In this document: positions 1-9,787 of the stretch, piece by piece
Position numbering within the stretch: the first letter of the stretch is position 1
Layout of the letters: every line of letters starts with the position of its first letter
NCBI GenBank assembly: GCA_041602195.1
Contig: JBFIGS010000001.1
Span: 1 to 43,360 of the forward strand
Source of the DNA: Sediminicola sp.
Lineage (GTDB): Bacteria; Bacteroidota; Bacteroidia; Flavobacteriales; Flavobacteriaceae
Length of the DNA stretch: 43,360 bases
Direction: 5' to 3'
The notes under the pieces: model-generated
What the model was told of the DNA's origin: nothing
Databases searched by the model: none
Seen by the model: the letters and a program-made list of their open reading frames with translations, nothing else
Position numbers and translations under genes: made by a program

Positions 1-327
1 CAGATAAAAAAGAACTGTTTTTGCATTTTTATGATAGATTTTTTCTGCAAATAGCAAGGGTGCTCCTTCTGTATTGATCACTTGGGAAGTAAATTCCAAG
101 TCCGCAAACAATTCTTGACATTTGGTTAGATTGGCTTGAATCTGTTCTGGAAAATGGCCGTCATTTGGTATTTCCAAGAAGGATCTTAATTGCAGGACGG
201 CCTCTGGAAAATATTCCTGTGATAAATTGAGTACTTCTTCTTTTGAAAGGGTTTGGGAGTGACCAATGACCGCAAATAAAGAAAACAAGAGTAGGAGAAT
301 GATTGATTGATTTCTTGTCTTTTTCAT
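1..327 (-). CDS. Partial (5' part) secreted M20/M25/M40-family metallo-hydrolase, running off the window edge
   Basis: Not in the ORF track. Manual translation from ATG at 327 gives MKKTRNQSIILLLLFSLFAVIGHSQ...LRSFLEIPNDG...KTVLFYL with no stop. It has a signal peptide, and the 'FLEIPN' and 'KTVLFY' segments resemble M20 peptidase N-termini. Confidence 0.65.
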   Translation of the reverse strand, partial: MKKTRNQSIILLLLFSLFAVIGHSQTLSKEEVLNLSQEYFPEAVLQLRSFLEIPNDGHFPEQIQANLTKCQELFADLEFTSQVINTEGAPLLFAEKIYHKNAKTVLFYL

Positions 328-337
328 GAGCTTTTAG

Positions 338-2326
338 TTATTCCTGTTCTTGAAGCATTTTAATTTCATCCCTTAATTTGGCTGCTTGCATAAAATCAAG
401 CTCCTTGGCCGCTTTTTCCATGGCCTTTCTTTTATCCCTTATGATCTGTTCCTTCTGCTCCGTTGTAATATATTTTAGGTCCGGTTCTGCGGCCCGCATT
501 TCTTCCTTCTCAAAATGGTAGGCGGAGACCGAGTTTTTTGTCAGGGCGTTGTCCAGGCTTTTGTTCAGTGCCACGGGCACTAAATTGTTCTCGGTATTGT
601 AGGCTATTTGTTTTTCCCTTCTATAATTGGTTTCATCTATGGTTTTTTGCATACTGGCAGTGATCTTATCGGCATACATGATAGCCCGACCGTTAAGATT
701 TCTAGCTGCCCTTCCCACAGTCTGGGTCAAGGACCGTGAACTACGAAGGAATCCTTCCTTGTCTGCATCTAAAATGGCCACCAAAGAGACTTCTGGCAAA
801 TCTAATCCCTCTCTTAACAGGTTGACCCCAATAAGCACATCAAAAATACCCTTTCGTAGATCCTGCATGATTTCAACGCGTTCCAAGGTGTCCACATCAC
901 TATGGATATAGCGACATCTTACACTGATCCGCGTCAAATATTTCGCAAGCTCTTCCGCCATCCGCTTGGTCAAAGTGGTGACCAGGGTTCTTTCATCTCT
1001 TTCTACCCGCAGTTGTATCTCCTCAACAAGATCATCGATTTGGTTTTGGCTGGGGCGTATTTCAATAATTGGATCCAAAAGTCCAGTAGGGCGAATGACC
1101 TGTTCTACATATACCCCTTGACTCAATTGTAATTCGTAATCCGCAGGGGTGGCACTCACGTAAATTGTCTGGTTCTGTAAGGCTTCAAACTCTTCAAACT
1201 TTAAAGGTCTGTTATCCATGGCGGCCGGTAATCTAAAGCCATAATCAACCAAATTTACCTTTCTAGATCTATCGCCACCGTACATGGCGTGAACCTGTGG
1301 AATGGTAACGTGGCTTTCGTCGATCACCATAAGATAATCGTCTGGAAAATAATCCAACAGGCAGAAAGGTCGAGTTCCAGCTTGCCTTCCATCCAGATAG
1401 CGGGAGTAGTTTTCAATTCCAGAACAATACCCCAATTCCCTGATCATCTCCAAATCAAAATTGGTGCGTTCCTCCAAACGTTTGGCCTCTAGAGGCTTCC
1501 CAATTTCTTGAAAATAAGCGATCTGCTTAACCAGGTCATCTTGGATTTGATGAATGGCATTCTGCAAGATGTCTGGAGAGGTGACAAACATGTTTGCAGG
1601 GTAGATATTAAGGTTTTCGTATATCTCCACCACCTTGTTCTTAAATGGATCAAACGCTTCTATTTCTTCTATCTCGTCACCAAAAAAATGGATTCTAAAA
1701 GCATGGTCTGCATAACTGGGGAATACATCCACAACATCGCCCTTGACCCTAAAATTACCGTTCCTGAAATCGGCCGTAGTTCGGGAATATAAACTCTGCA
1801 CAAGTTGATGTAAAAATTTTGTCCTTGAAATGACCTGGTCCTTATGAATAGAGATCACATTTTTCTGAAATTCCACGGGGTTTCCAATTCCGTACAGGCA
1901 AGAGACTGAAGCCACTACTAAAACATCTCTTCGCCCAGAGAGTAGGGAGGAGGTTGTACTTAATCTCAGCTTTTCAATATCCTCATTAATGGAGAGATCC
2001 TTTTCAATATAAGTACCTGAGGTAGGAATATATGCTTCTGGTTGGTAATAATCGTAATAAGAAACAAAGTACTCAACAGCATTCTCTGGAAAGAACTGTT
2101 TGAATTCCGAATACAGTTGGGCTGCCAATGTTTTATTATGTGCCAAAACCAAGGTAGGCTTTTGAACAGACTCAACTACGTTGGCGACAGTAAAGGTTTT
2201 ACCAGATCCAGTGACACCCAACAGGGTTTGGTACTGTTCCTTGGAATGAATTCCTTCAACCAATTCCTTTATGGCCCTGGGCTGATCTCCGGTAGGTTTA
2301 AATTCCGATACTACTTTGAACTTCAT
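338..2326 (-). CDS. uvrB: Excinuclease ABC subunit B
   Basis: Walker A GVTGSGKT, beta-hairpin YYDYYQPEAY, DESH box, C-terminal UVR domain (LDFMQAAKLRD). Confidence 0.98.
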   Translation of the reverse strand: MKFKVVSEFKPTGDQPRAIKELVEGIHSKEQYQTLLGVTGSGKTFTVANVVESVQKPTLVLAHNKTLAAQLYSEFKQFFPENAVEYFVSYYDYYQPEAYIPTSGTYIEKDLSINEDIEKLRLSTTSSLLSGRRDVLVVASVSCLYGIGNPVEFQKNVISIHKDQVISRTKFLHQLVQSLYSRTTADFRNGNFRVKGDVVDVFPSYADHAFRIHFFGDEIEEIEAFDPFKNKVVEIYENLNIYPANMFVTSPDILQNAIHQIQDDLVKQIAYFQEIGKPLEAKRLEERTNFDLEMIRELGYCSGIENYSRYLDGRQAGTRPFCLLDYFPDDYLMVIDESHVTIPQVHAMYGGDRSRKVNLVDYGFRLPAAMDNRPLKFEEFEALQNQTIYVSATPADYELQLSQGVYVEQVIRPTGLLDPIIEIRPSQNQIDDLVEEIQLRVERDERTLVTTLTKRMAEELAKYLTRISVRCRYIHSDVDTLERVEIMQDLRKGIFDVLIGVNLLREGLDLPEVSLVAILDADKEGFLRSSRSLTQTVGRAARNLNGRAIMYADKITASMQKTIDETNYRREKQIAYNTENNLVPVALNKSLDNALTKNSVSAYHFEKEEMRAAEPDLKYITTEQKEQIIRDKRKAMEKAAKELDFMQAAKLRDEIKMLQEQE

Positions 2327-2468
2327 CCTGTAAAATTACGAAAGAAGGATGGTTAATGCAGTTCAAGGGAACTAATTTTAACGTATCGTTTGTATCTTAA
2401 ATGGTTTAAAAAAAACTTGTGTGGAAGAACTTCTCCCGACAAAATGAATTTTAACACCTTCACCAATA

Positions 2469-3302
2469 TTATAAATCCCGCTTTTTCAACAAGGCATAGG
2501 ACCCGTAAATGAAACAACTGGTCCAGAACAGCACTATGAGTATTTCATACCAGTGAACTACATAATCCATGTTGAATTCTTCGCCAATTTGCTTGGCCAC
2601 GGATTGGACCGCACCCAATCTTGAAAACGGTTCTTTTAATAAGTTGGACATGGATTCCAATGGAAGGAAATCCAAGACTTTTTCAGAAGCCTCTTTGCCC
2701 ATAAGTCCCCATACAAGAAAACGGATTCCCAAATTTTCAAAAATGGCCCACAGAATCAAAAAACCCAGGGCAAATGCAGAGCGTTTCACCAAGATGCCCA
2801 AAAAGAGACAGAAGGAAAAGAAGCCTACCAACTTTATAAAAAATGCGAATAAATATTCCAGTTCTGAAAAGATGATGGAGATTTCATTATAATCAGAATA
2901 GACCAGACCCAAGATCAAAGAGACCACAAAAACAAAAATAGTGGACACCAAGGAAAATGAGATCACTGTTAGGAATTTTGACAGTACAAATTCCTTTTTT
3001 GACAGGCCGTCTATAAGATTTTGTTTTATCGTTTTGTTGCTGTATTCATTGGCCATCATAGATACTATGACTATAGCCAGGAACAGTTTAAAAATGGCAG
3101 TGATGTACGTGTTGAAATGCCAGATATAAGGAAAATTGAAAATGCCCTGTTCCGCCAAATGAAACTTAATGGGGCCGATATCAAATTTAACTGCCGCTAT
3201 CAAGGCTATTGAGGTGAGCAAGATAAAATAAGATATGATCAGGGCCTTACTCGCCCTATTGTTCCAAAGTTTTATAAATTCTATTTCTAACAATCTTTTC
3301 AT
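2469..3302 (-). CDS. ABC-2 type transporter permease
   Basis: Multiple TM segments and 'ANEYSNKTIK' motif; directly downstream of an ABC ATPase. ATG at 3302 is preferred to TTG at 3308. Confidence 0.85.
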   Translation of the reverse strand: MKRLLEIEFIKLWNNRASKALIISYFILLTSIALIAAVKFDIGPIKFHLAEQGIFNFPYIWHFNTYITAIFKLFLAIVIVSMMANEYSNKTIKQNLIDGLSKKEFVLSKFLTVISFSLVSTIFVFVVSLILGLVYSDYNEISIIFSELEYLFAFFIKLVGFFSFCLFLGILVKRSAFALGFLILWAIFENLGIRFLVWGLMGKEASEKVLDFLPLESMSNLLKEPFSRLGAVQSVAKQIGEEFNMDYVVHWYEILIVLFWTSCFIYGSYALLKKRDL

Positions 3303-3348
3303 AATCAAGGTGGTTGTCTCTTAACAAGAGGTTGGTTGGGATGCTTAT

Positions 3349-4266
3349 TTAGTTGGCGTTGACCAGTTGTGGTGCGTTTTTTGTCAAGGTCAAAAATTGT
3401 TCCTCCAGGCTTTCCTTACGCTTTACCATATGGGAAAGCACAATGCCCTTTTTAAAGAGTTGTGCGTTGAGATCCTCTGCAGCTAGATCTTCGGATAGAA
3501 AGGCAGTGATGAGTCCATTTTCCTCTTTGATGGCACTAAAATGGGGGTCTTGTTTTAAATAATCGCCCAAACCCTTTAGGTCGCTGGTTTTAAGTTCAAA
3601 AAAACCGTGACTTCCCAGCATACCGTCTACAGGCCCTGAATATAACTTTTCCCCCTTTCTTAGGATCACAACATGGCTGCAAACCTTTTCTACTTCATCC
3701 AACAAGTGTGAGGCTAATAGGATGGTGGTTCCTTGGGAGGCAATTTCTTTGATGATCTGCCGTATTTGATGGATTCCTTGAGGATCCAATCCATTTGTAG
3801 GTTCATCCAGAATTAGTATCTCTGGGTCGTTCAACAGGGCAGAGGCTATTGCCAGCCGTTGTTTCATGCCTAACGAATAGGTCTGGAATTTACTGTTTTT
3901 CCTGTCGAGGAGGCCTACCATTTCCAGCTTTTCCTCTATCTTGACAGTACTTACATTTTTTATTTTACAGACCAGTTTTAGGTTCTGTACAGCCGTCATG
4001 TAAGGATAGAAATTAGGACGTTCTATGATGGCGCCAACCTTTTTAAGTGCGTCGTGGGTGGAAACACTTCCATTGAACCAATCAAAAGTACCACTGGTTT
4101 TATTGACAACATTCAATACAATACCCAAGGTTGTTGATTTTCCGCTTCCATTGGGTCCTAGTATTCCATATACATTACCTTTTTCAATGGTAAATGATAG
4201 GTCTTTTACAGCGGTGAGATGCCCAAATTTTTTAGTCAAATGGCTTACAGAGAGAATGGTTTCCAA
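3349..4266 (-). CDS. ABC transporter ATP-binding protein (BcrA-like)
   Basis: GPNGSGKST, signature YSLGMKQR, Walker B ILILDEP, H-loop SH. Confidence 0.95.
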   Translation of the reverse strand: METILSVSHLTKKFGHLTAVKDLSFTIEKGNVYGILGPNGSGKSTTLGIVLNVVNKTSGTFDWFNGSVSTHDALKKVGAIIERPNFYPYMTAVQNLKLVCKIKNVSTVKIEEKLEMVGLLDRKNSKFQTYSLGMKQRLAIASALLNDPEILILDEPTNGLDPQGIHQIRQIIKEIASQGTTILLASHLLDEVEKVCSHVVILRKGEKLYSGPVDGMLGSHGFFELKTSDLKGLGDYLKQDPHFSAIKEENGLITAFLSEDLAAEDLNAQLFKKGIVLSHMVKRKESLEEQFLTLTKNAPQLVNAN

Positions 4267-4301
4267 AATCGGATTTGTTTTTGCATTGTTTATAGTAACT
4301 T

Positions 4302-4327
4302 GACGAAGAAATGCTTATTTTGTTACA
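4302..4327 (-). promoter_or_regulatory. Candidate ECF sigma promoter for the ABC operon
   Basis: Minus strand reads TGTAAC-N16-CGTC, matching the general ECF AAC/CGT pattern, about 35 nt upstream of the start codon. Confidence 0.5.
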
Positions 4328-4358
4328 ATTAAACATCCCCTAAAATTATTAGTCTAGA

Positions 4359-5438
4359 ATGTCGGAACGATTAATGTCAAAGAAAAAGCCAGCATTTCCA
4401 ATAAATGCCAAGCTAGATGCGTATTTACATCACTACAGCAGAAAAATTGAAATCCCTATTTTTTACGATGACCTTTTGCGCTTTAATGGATCGGTAGTGG
4501 TGTATGATAAAAACGAGGAAGATACGATGTGGATTAGGGTTTATTATTCGGAATACGAACGCCAGGAAATAGATATAAGCTTAAAAAAGGTGTATTCCAT
4601 TTTGCATTCAGATGGAAGTGATAATATCATGCAATACCTAAATGTAGATGCGGTCGACTATTGTACGTTTGGGAATTCCAAGCCGTTTAGGATAAAAATA
4701 AGGAATATACTCAATGATAACTTCACGTATTTCTACATTAAGAAAACGGATGCTTCCCGAGTTTACGGCCTTGAACTGGAGCATATGCTTTCTCCCTATA
4801 ACCTTAATTTTTTGGTTTATAAAGATACACTGATAGAAGAGCATATAGCCGGGATCCCAGGTGATGTTTTTATCAAAGAAATGCTTCCAAAATGCACAGA
4901 GACCGAAAAGGCACAGCTGGCAAAGGAATTTGTAAAATTCAATGAGAGGTGCATGATTCGGTTACTAGGGGATATGCGTTCCTATAACTATGTGATAGTG
5001 CCTACCCACGATTTCGATCATGTGGTTTATAAAATAAGGGCAATTGACTTTGATCAACAGTGTTTTGAAGGAAAACTGAAAGTTTACCGTCCACAATTTT
5101 TTAAGGAGAATTTCGAGATGGTAGAAATGGTGCGTAAGAAATTACAGAACCACTCTATAGATCAATATAAAATAGAGGAGCGTTCTATTGTGGCAAAAAG
5201 GATACTAAGCTCAGGGAAAAGAATTAAAAAGTTGGTGGCCATCTGTAAGGGTGATAAAATTTCCAATCCGGTAAATGTAAAGATGTTACGTGAACAAATC
5301 TATGAGATCACCTATGATCCTAAGTTAATGAGATGCAGAACCATGGGACAGGTACTCGGTAACGCCCTGGATTTTGTCAAAAGGAATTATGAAGACGTCA
5401 GTATGAAACAAATCTTGGAAAACAAGATACAAGTGTAA
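4359..5438 (+). CDS. Hypothetical protein with HipA/PI3K-like kinase motifs
   Basis: 359-aa ORF with FGNSKP, YFYIKK, GLELE, LLGDMRSYN and AIDFD in kinase-motif order. Confidence 0.6.
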   Translation: MSERLMSKKKPAFPINAKLDAYLHHYSRKIEIPIFYDDLLRFNGSVVVYDKNEEDTMWIRVYYSEYERQEIDISLKKVYSILHSDGSDNIMQYLNVDAVDYCTFGNSKPFRIKIRNILNDNFTYFYIKKTDASRVYGLELEHMLSPYNLNFLVYKDTLIEEHIAGIPGDVFIKEMLPKCTETEKAQLAKEFVKFNERCMIRLLGDMRSYNYVIVPTHDFDHVVYKIRAIDFDQQCFEGKLKVYRPQFFKENFEMVEMVRKKLQNHSIDQYKIEERSIVAKRILSSGKRIKKLVAICKGDKISNPVNVKMLREQIYEITYDPKLMRCRTMGQVLGNALDFVKRNYEDVSMKQILENKIQV

Positions 5439-5470
5439 TAATTTATATAACCCGGAGTTCACACCGCCAT

Positions 5471-5510
5471 AAAAAAAGGGTGCATACTTAGTATGCACCC
5501 TTTCTTATTT
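5471..5510. terminator. Bidirectional intrinsic terminator
   Basis: AAAGGGTGCATACT-T-AGTATGCACCCTTT hairpin flanked by A- and T-rich tracts, between convergent genes. Confidence 0.85.
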
Positions 5511-5531
5511 TTATATTCTTAGATCAAATTT

Positions 5532-6590
5532 CTAACTTTTTTGCTCTTTGTTGAAATAGACCAAATAGTAATACATCTGGCGTTCCTCATCCCATCCTTT
5601 TTCAACAAATTTTTCGGCCGACTCCGGATTGATAAAATCCAATTTTATCTGGATGTTGGTATCTAGATTGATTACGTTCTTTATTTTCTTTCTAGCATCT
5701 GAAACAGCCTTGTTGGCAATATCAAAATTCGATACATCCTCTATGCTGTATTTGGGTCCCTTTTCCACTTTGTAGTTCTTGAATTCAGGAATAAGTTCTG
5801 GATTGCCCATTACTTCATTCAAAAAGTTGGTTTCCTCAAAAGCGTCATTTTTTGCAAAATGGTTCACAGCCCTGTTCATAAAGAGCACTTCTTGTTGTTT
5901 GTCCTCGGCAGGTAAAACAACATCCTTGGCAAAATTCTGACAGAACTTCAAATAGTTCTTGGTCTTAAAGTTATCGTCGGACAAGGGCTCTACGCCCAAG
6001 AAGTTCTCAAGCCAATATTTGGTATCGTACCTATTGCTATCCACGGAAAGAATTTTAAAGCCGTCCTCCTTCTCTGTATTGAAGATAAGGCAGCCTTTGT
6101 CCAATTTGTTGATATTGATGCCCTGTTGTACCAAGATATCCAAATTGTTGTCGTTCTCCTCAAATTGAAGAAAATCGTGTTTTAGCTCACTTTTGAAAAC
6201 TCCAATGGCATTGACTTTTTTGTTGTCCAATAAAAGATCGGTGAGGTAGGCAATATAAACTTCTCCGCTCTTGATATGCGGGTGGTTCGATTGTTCGAAC
6301 AAATAATTTGCAATTTTCTTTGAATTTGCATGAGCACTGCCAGGTTCATTGAAGACCTCGGAAACTATGTTGTAAATTTCATTGAATTCCAAGTCCACTT
6401 CATCACTGAACTTGAAATAGTTTTCTTCTTTTTCTCTAAAAGGTTTAAAGAAATATTCCTTTAAAAGTCCGGTAGTTTCATCATTTAGGGCGAAAGGTTC
6501 CGAGGATAGAAAAACACCCTCACCCTTGTTCTTATTTCCAACACGGTGCAAGGAGATGCTTTCAATTTGGGTAGCGTATAGATTGATCAT
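5532..6590 (-). CDS. Nucleoid-associated protein (NdpA/YejK-like family)
   Basis: About 350 aa with 'LHRVGNK', 'HPHIKSGEVY', 'KLDKGCLI' and 'YWLENFL' segments recalled from this family. Confidence 0.7.
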   Translation of the reverse strand: MINLYATQIESISLHRVGNKNKGEGVFLSSEPFALNDETTGLLKEYFFKPFREKEENYFKFSDEVDLEFNEIYNIVSEVFNEPGSAHANSKKIANYLFEQSNHPHIKSGEVYIAYLTDLLLDNKKVNAIGVFKSELKHDFLQFEENDNNLDILVQQGININKLDKGCLIFNTEKEDGFKILSVDSNRYDTKYWLENFLGVEPLSDDNFKTKNYLKFCQNFAKDVVLPAEDKQQEVLFMNRAVNHFAKNDAFEETNFLNEVMGNPELIPEFKNYKVEKGPKYSIEDVSNFDIANKAVSDARKKIKNVINLDTNIQIKLDFINPESAEKFVEKGWDEERQMYYYLVYFNKEQKS

Positions 6591-6682
6591 ATGTTGTCTA
6601 TATAGAAGTTTATTCCTTTGGTCAAGGAAAGGTTTGGATTAAGTCAGTGAATATATTAAATGTTGAGGAACAGGACAGAAAC

Positions 6683-7177
6683 TTAGTTCCAGTTTTCATC
6701 AAAATCCAAATCTTCATAGTTGTCCAGGGTGTCATCAAAATCGAACATCGGGTCAGATTCAAAGTTCTTTTCTGGTGGCGAATCAGGTAATTCACCATAA
6801 CTGAACAAAATATTAGGATAGGCCCTGCCGTCTTCTTTTTCTACAATATCGGCCAGTTCCACAAAAAAGGTCCACATGCTCAAAAAGTCATAGACATAAA
6901 TAAGTTTGGGAGTGTTTTTTGTAAGTAGGTCCTCTATATGTGTTTCCTGCATGGAACGCAAATCAGCTCCACCATCACCCATGTCTGAGAGCGCAATTTC
7001 TTCTTCCTGGTTCCACTCATCATCGCAGGTGTAAAAGGAGGCCATTTCATTGCCCAAAAACCCAAAAGATTGGGTTATCGTATTGTGAAATTCTTCAAGT
7101 GTTCTATTCCCTTCTATTTCAATATCCCTAAAGACATCATCTTCCGCATCTAGAATTACTCGTATCTTATAAATCAT
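6683..7177 (-). CDS. pRiA4b ORF-3-like (IS1096 passenger TnpR-like) protein
   Basis: 'VFRDIEI..TLEEFHNTI..SFGF' and 'YVYDFLSMWTFFVEL' patterns; acidic C-terminal tail. Confidence 0.75.
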   Translation of the reverse strand: MIYKIRVILDAEDDVFRDIEIEGNRTLEEFHNTITQSFGFLGNEMASFYTCDDEWNQEEEIALSDMGDGGADLRSMQETHIEDLLTKNTPKLIYVYDFLSMWTFFVELADIVEKEDGRAYPNILFSYGELPDSPPEKNFESDPMFDFDDTLDNYEDLDFDENWN

Positions 7178-7199
7178 TATAAAAGTTTTTAAGAGGGTG

Positions 7200-7207
7200 C
7201 AAAGTTA
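7200..7207 (-). promoter_or_regulatory. Bacteroidota housekeeping -7 box
   Basis: TAACTTTG on the minus strand 22 nt upstream of the ATG at 7177. Confidence 0.55.
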
Positions 7208-8239
7208 CGAAGTTTTGAACGTTTTGCCCTCTTTTGTAGCTTCCAAAACTAAATAGAATTGTACCCCGAACAAAAGGGCGGCGAACATGAGGTGAATTGG
7301 CTGACTTCCAAAAGGAAAATCGATGTATACCATAAGAATGCCCGAAATAATTTCCAATAGAATAAGAGCCATGACCCACATCATTTTTGGATATCCGAGG
7401 TTGAACTTAAATATGCGATAAAAGATGAATGCATTGAGAAGGACTACAAGGATGGAAAACGATCGGTGGATATAAAAAATGAGGGTTGGGTCCTGAAGCC
7501 ACAAATCCTTGGCAGATTCCCCAAAAACATCTATTTGCTCGTCCACAAATTGTCTTACCTGGGTACCCATGATGATCTGTATCAAGGTAACCCCTAAGGC
7601 CAAGGCCAATAGTAAGGTCAGTGACCTATCGGCCTTATTGTTCTTGACTTTTGTTCCTGAAATATGTATGATATAAAGTAGGAAGGCCACAATGACCAAG
7701 GCCATTACCATATGTACGGTAATCTTAGCAGGCAACAATACGGAATAGACCACTGTTGCGCCAAGCCATGCCTGAAAACCCATCCCAAATACTACCAGCC
7801 ATGATAAAATAGGAATCCATTTGTTTTTTTTCCAGAAACTGAAAGAAACTACGGCCAGTACCAAGGTGGCCAATCCGGCCAAGGCACCAAAAAGTCTATT
7901 TATAAATTCTATCCAAGTGTGCAACGGATTAAAAATGGCATAATCGTGTTTGGTGTAGGTCTCCCATTTATTTTCGGAATAACTATTGGAAGTTTCAAAA
8001 TCTTCCTTGGCCACCTTTAGAGTTTCATCAACGATAATGACCTGCCCTTTTCTAAAAGCTTTATTGGGTTGCCATTGTAGGTCTATACTATTTGTTGGGG
8101 GGATATAATATCCAAAGCACTTTGGCCAATCTGGGCATCCCATGCCGCTACCGGTCATGCGTACGACCGTGCCGGCTATAATGACCAAATAAACCAAAAC
8201 CAATGCTGTTTTTGCTATTTTTCTAAAAGATTGATGCAT
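7205..8239 (-). CDS. ctaA: Heme A synthase (COX15/CtaA family)
   Basis: SGMGCPDWPKC, WIEFINR, FQAWLG; conserved His residues in TM helices (TVHM, IHR, IHL). Confidence 0.88.
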   Translation of the reverse strand: MHQSFRKIAKTALVLVYLVIIAGTVVRMTGSGMGCPDWPKCFGYYIPPTNSIDLQWQPNKAFRKGQVIIVDETLKVAKEDFETSNSYSENKWETYTKHDYAIFNPLHTWIEFINRLFGALAGLATLVLAVVSFSFWKKNKWIPILSWLVVFGMGFQAWLGATVVYSVLLPAKITVHMVMALVIVAFLLYIIHISGTKVKNNKADRSLTLLLALALGVTLIQIIMGTQVRQFVDEQIDVFGESAKDLWLQDPTLIFYIHRSFSILVVLLNAFIFYRIFKFNLGYPKMMWVMALILLEIISGILMVYIDFPFGSQPIHLMFAALLFGVQFYLVLEATKEGKTFKTS

Positions 8240-8258
8240 AGTAACGATTATGGATATA

Positions 8259-8266
8259 CAAAATTA
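8259..8266 (-). promoter_or_regulatory. Housekeeping -7 box
   Basis: TAATTTTG 19 nt upstream of the ctaA ATG. Confidence 0.5.
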
Positions 8267-8361
8267 CTATAGTTTTTCTTCTTGTTTAATATTTATTAAA
8301 TATAATTAAACAATAAATATGATTTACTAAGCCAGTAATAAATTACAACTGGGTTGACAAC

Positions 8362-9786
8362 CTAGCTTTTTGTTAGTCCCATGCTCTTGCCCTTCTGAAA
8401 CATATATTGTTTCGCAGCCTCGTATTCATTTGGTATTTCTCCTTCTAAAATGGCTTCCTTGATAGCATCTTTTATGATACCAATTTCCTTGGAGGGCTTT
8501 AGGCCAAAAGTTGCCATTATTTCCTCTCCACTTACCGGAGGTTGAAAATTACGTACATGGTCCCGTTCTTCTACTTCCACTATTTTTTGCCGTACAATTT
8601 TAAAGTTGTTCTTGTACTGCTTTTGTTTTTTGGGATTTTTGGTAGTGATATCCGCCTCACAGAGGGTCATAAGATCCTCTACATGATCACCGGCATCAAA
8701 AATTAGTCTACGTACAGCCGAATCAGTCACAAAGTCCTCTGCCAGTACAATGGGCCTAGAACTCATAAGGACCAATTTTTGAACGTATTTCATTTTATCG
8801 TTCAAAGGCAATCGCAACCTTTTGAATAATTTATAGGTCATTTTAGATCCTACAAACTCATGGCCGTGGAATGTCCACCCTATTTTTTTGTCAAATTTCT
8901 TTGTTGGGGCCTTGCCTATATCATGTAATAATGCCGCCCATCGCAACCAAACATTATCTGTATGTTTGGATATATTGTCCACTACTTCCAAAGTATGCCA
9001 AAAGTTATCCTTATGGCGCTGGCCCTCAATTTCTTCAATCCCCTGTAAGGCGGTAAGCTCTGGCAAAATATATTCCAACAACCCTGTTTTGTGCAATAGG
9101 CCAAGACCTAAAGAAGGGGTGGGACTTGCTAGAATTTTGTTGAGTTCGTCAACAATACGTTCTTTTGAAATAATCTGGATACGATCCTTATTCTCCGTTA
9201 TCGCATCTAGCGATTGGGGGTAGATGGTAAAATTGAGCTGTGAGGCAAATCGTATGGCACGCATCATCCGAAGAGGGTCATCAGAATAGGTGATATCGGG
9301 ATCGAGGGGAGTGCGGATCAGTTTATTTTCCAAATCCGAAATCCCATCAAACGGATCTGATAATGTGCCATAATCATCCTCGTTTAGGGAAATGGCCAGG
9401 GCATTGATAGTAAAATCGCGTCTTTTCTGATCGTCTTCCAGGGTTCCATCCTCTACAACAGGTTTTCTACTGTCAAAATGGTAGCTTTCCTTTCTGGCGC
9501 CCACAAACTCAAGTTCAACCCCTTTATTCTTTAACATTGCCGTCCCAAAGTTTTTGAAAACAGAAATCTCAGGTTTTCCAGACAGTTTACCAGCTACTTT
9601 TTTTGCCAGTTCAATGCCGCTGCCAACAGCAACAATATCTATATCCTTGGGAATTCCCCTTTGAAGCAGGTAGTCCCTTACATATCCACCAATGACATAA
9701 CATTTGATGTCCATTTCTTTGGCGGCTTCGGCTATAACTTTAAATATGGGGTCTTGTAATGCTTTATTGTGGTTCTGATGCGTCAT
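8362..9786 (-). CDS. cca: CCA tRNA nucleotidyltransferase with HD domain
   Basis: GGYVRD, DIDI, RRDFTINA, DDPLRMMRAIRF, HD motif LLHDIGK. Confidence 0.9.
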   Translation of the reverse strand: MTHQNHNKALQDPIFKVIAEAAKEMDIKCYVIGGYVRDYLLQRGIPKDIDIVAVGSGIELAKKVAGKLSGKPEISVFKNFGTAMLKNKGVELEFVGARKESYHFDSRKPVVEDGTLEDDQKRRDFTINALAISLNEDDYGTLSDPFDGISDLENKLIRTPLDPDITYSDDPLRMMRAIRFASQLNFTIYPQSLDAITENKDRIQIISKERIVDELNKILASPTPSLGLGLLHKTGLLEYILPELTALQGIEEIEGQRHKDNFWHTLEVVDNISKHTDNVWLRWAALLHDIGKAPTKKFDKKIGWTFHGHEFVGSKMTYKLFKRLRLPLNDKMKYVQKLVLMSSRPIVLAEDFVTDSAVRRLIFDAGDHVEDLMTLCEADITTKNPKKQKQYKNNFKIVRQKIVEVEERDHVRNFQPPVSGEEIMATFGLKPSKEIGIIKDAIKEAILEGEIPNEYEAAKQYMFQKGKSMGLTKS

Positions 9787-9787
9787 T

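Noticed and set aside
6683-7177. Mobile element suggested by the 'IS1096 passenger TnpR / plasmid pRiA4b' family name
   Set aside because: No transposase, terminal repeats or target duplication; the gene is embedded among housekeeping genes.
8270-8345. AT-only dyads between ctaA and cca
   Set aside because: Expected by chance in very AT-rich DNA.
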